A stretch of 64,000 nucleotides of DNA from Candidatus Latescibacterota bacterium (GTDB lineage: Bacteria > Latescibacterota > UBA2968 > UBA8231), in NCBI GenBank assembly GCA_965197905.1, contig CBDAOB010000005.1:800524-864523 (forward strand). Reading direction: 5' to 3'. The notes below the pieces were generated by a model. That model was given only the letters and a program-made list of their open reading frames with translations, was not told the DNA's origin and ran no database searches. A program made the position numbers and the translations under genes. This document shows positions 63,226-64,000 of the stretch, piece by piece; position 1 is the stretch's first letter, and each line of letters begins with the position of its first letter.

Positions 63226-64000
63226 ATGGCGGGGTTGACATCTTTGTTGGCACTGATCGCCATGGTCGAAATCGCGATCGCCCAGGAGTGGCGCATCGAA
63301 GAGGTTGCGGAAGGCACAAAGCCGGAGCTGGCGGTGGATCAGCTTGGCCGGCCTCGCATCGCCTTCATGACCGAAGCGCTGGAAGGTGGTGTGTTCTATG
63401 CCGTCCGCAGTACCGACGGCTGGGGGATCGAAGCGGTTGCGACCGGATATTTCTACGGTCCCCTCGATCTGGCTCTCGACGCCGAGGGCCATGCCCACAT
63501 CGCCTACCACGACCATCAAGCCCCCAACTTCAATCCCCAGCTTGGGGACGCGACCTACGCCTTTCAGGATGGTGACGACTGGGTCGTCGAGACTATCGTC
63601 CATGCAGGTCACGACGGGTGGGACACGAGCATCGCCGTATCTCCGTCGGGCGAGGTGCACGTGGCATCCATCGATCCCGTCCAGTTCGGCTCGCTAGAAG
63701 GGGTCGAATGGGCTGTGCGGGGGGCGGGTGGAGGCTGGTCGGTAGAGGCGATCGGCAGTGGTCCCGTCCCATATGAGTTCGGCACCGGGCTGGTGCTGAA
63801 TCGGGAAGGGGTTCCCTCAATTGTCTATCACGACGGCAGCGAACGGCTCAACCCCGGACCCGATGGCAGCGACCTCTTTCTGGCGGTGAGAAACGGCGGG
63901 AGCTGGTCTTTGGAGGTCGTCGACCAACGTGGCGACGTGGGGAAATTCGCCAGCCTGGCGATGGACAGCCAGGACCGCGAGCACATCGCCTACTTCCATT
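63226..64000 (+). CDS. Secreted repeat (beta-propeller-like) protein, 5' part only (runs off the window end)
   Basis: Absent from the ORF track because it has no stop in the window. ATG 63226 lies 6 nt after GGAGG. Signal peptide MAGLTSLLALIAMVEIAIAQE, then five or more roughly 50-aa repeats of the pattern L(A/V)(V/L)D..G.(P/H).IAY.D....(F/Y)A(V/F)..G..W..E.(V/I). The frame is open for 258 codons to the edge. Confidence 0.75.
   Translation, partial: MAGLTSLLALIAMVEIAIAQEWRIEEVAEGTKPELAVDQLGRPRIAFMTEALEGGVFYAVRSTDGWGIEAVATGYFYGPLDLALDAEGHAHIAYHDHQAPNFNPQLGDATYAFQDGDDWVVETIVHAGHDGWDTSIAVSPSGEVHVASIDPVQFGSLEGVEWAVRGAGGGWSVEAIGSGPVPYEFGTGLVLNREGVPSIVYHDGSERLNPGPDGSDLFLAVRNGGSWSLEVVDQRGDVGKFASLAMDSQDREHIAYFH

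Noticed and set aside
1-64000. A scan for CRISPR arrays, tRNA/rRNA genes, transposases or integrases, toxin-antitoxin pairs, phage genes and long direct or inverted terminal repeats.
   Set aside because: I found none by eye. The only repeats are diverged gene duplications. Intergenic hairpins at 2637-2656, 29105-29122 and 57907-57925 are short (7 bp) and lack U-tracts, so I did not call them as terminators. A computational scan (tRNAscan, Infernal, self-BLAST) is still advisable.

Overview
High-GC (about 60%) bacterial segment with about 54 tightly packed genes. I saw no rRNA, tRNA, CRISPR array, transposase or integrase. All calls come from reading translations and motifs by eye. No database search was run, so family names are recognitions from memory and need HMM confirmation.

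Main theme: an expansion of Fe(II)/2-oxoglutarate PhyH-type (phytanoyl-CoA dioxygenase-like) oxygenases, with 10 copies in the window. These are interleaved with four paralogues of a large polytopic membrane protein that I cannot assign to any characterised transporter family:
- copy A, cut by the 5' window edge
- copy B, 33195-35159
- copy C, 44307-46277
- copy D, a divergent copy split at 48615-50758

Around these sit leaderless, hence apparently cytoplasmic, versions of enzymes that are usually exported:
- a Cys-type sulfatase
- a DUF1501/DUF1800 pair
- an NHL propeller
- two BNR/sialidase-like propellers
- GH32/43-like propellers
- TIM-barrel glycosidase-like paralogues

Sugar-acid enzymes are also present: a UxuA-like dehydratase, an HpcH aldolase, a DapA-family lyase and a Gfo/Idh/MocA oxidoreductase.

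Other content:
- a PotABCD-like ABC importer operon that continues into a TPP-dependent E1 alpha/beta pair and a lipoyl protein lacking the E2 catalytic domain
- a homocysteine-methyltransferase::SAM-methyltransferase fusion
- an LtaE/AtuA-like/M20 operon
- a secreted protein with a T9SS-type C-terminal domain, next to a roughly 1000-aa putative outer-membrane protein
- a PAS histidine kinase

Items not visible in the ORF track:
- two genes cut by the window edges
- an N-terminal relic of a sigma-70 gene abutting one PhyH/membrane module
- an SDR gene interrupted by one in-frame TGA

Best candidate for an undescribed system: the recurrent unit of an unknown membrane protein plus PhyH oxygenase(s), including the tandem PhyH::HEAT-repeat fusions. 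I read it as an import-plus-cytoplasmic-oxidation pathway of unknown substrate.

Taxonomy is only weakly inferable. The T9SS-type tail and an NLRFV-type sigma relic suggest an FCB-superphylum-like diderm.
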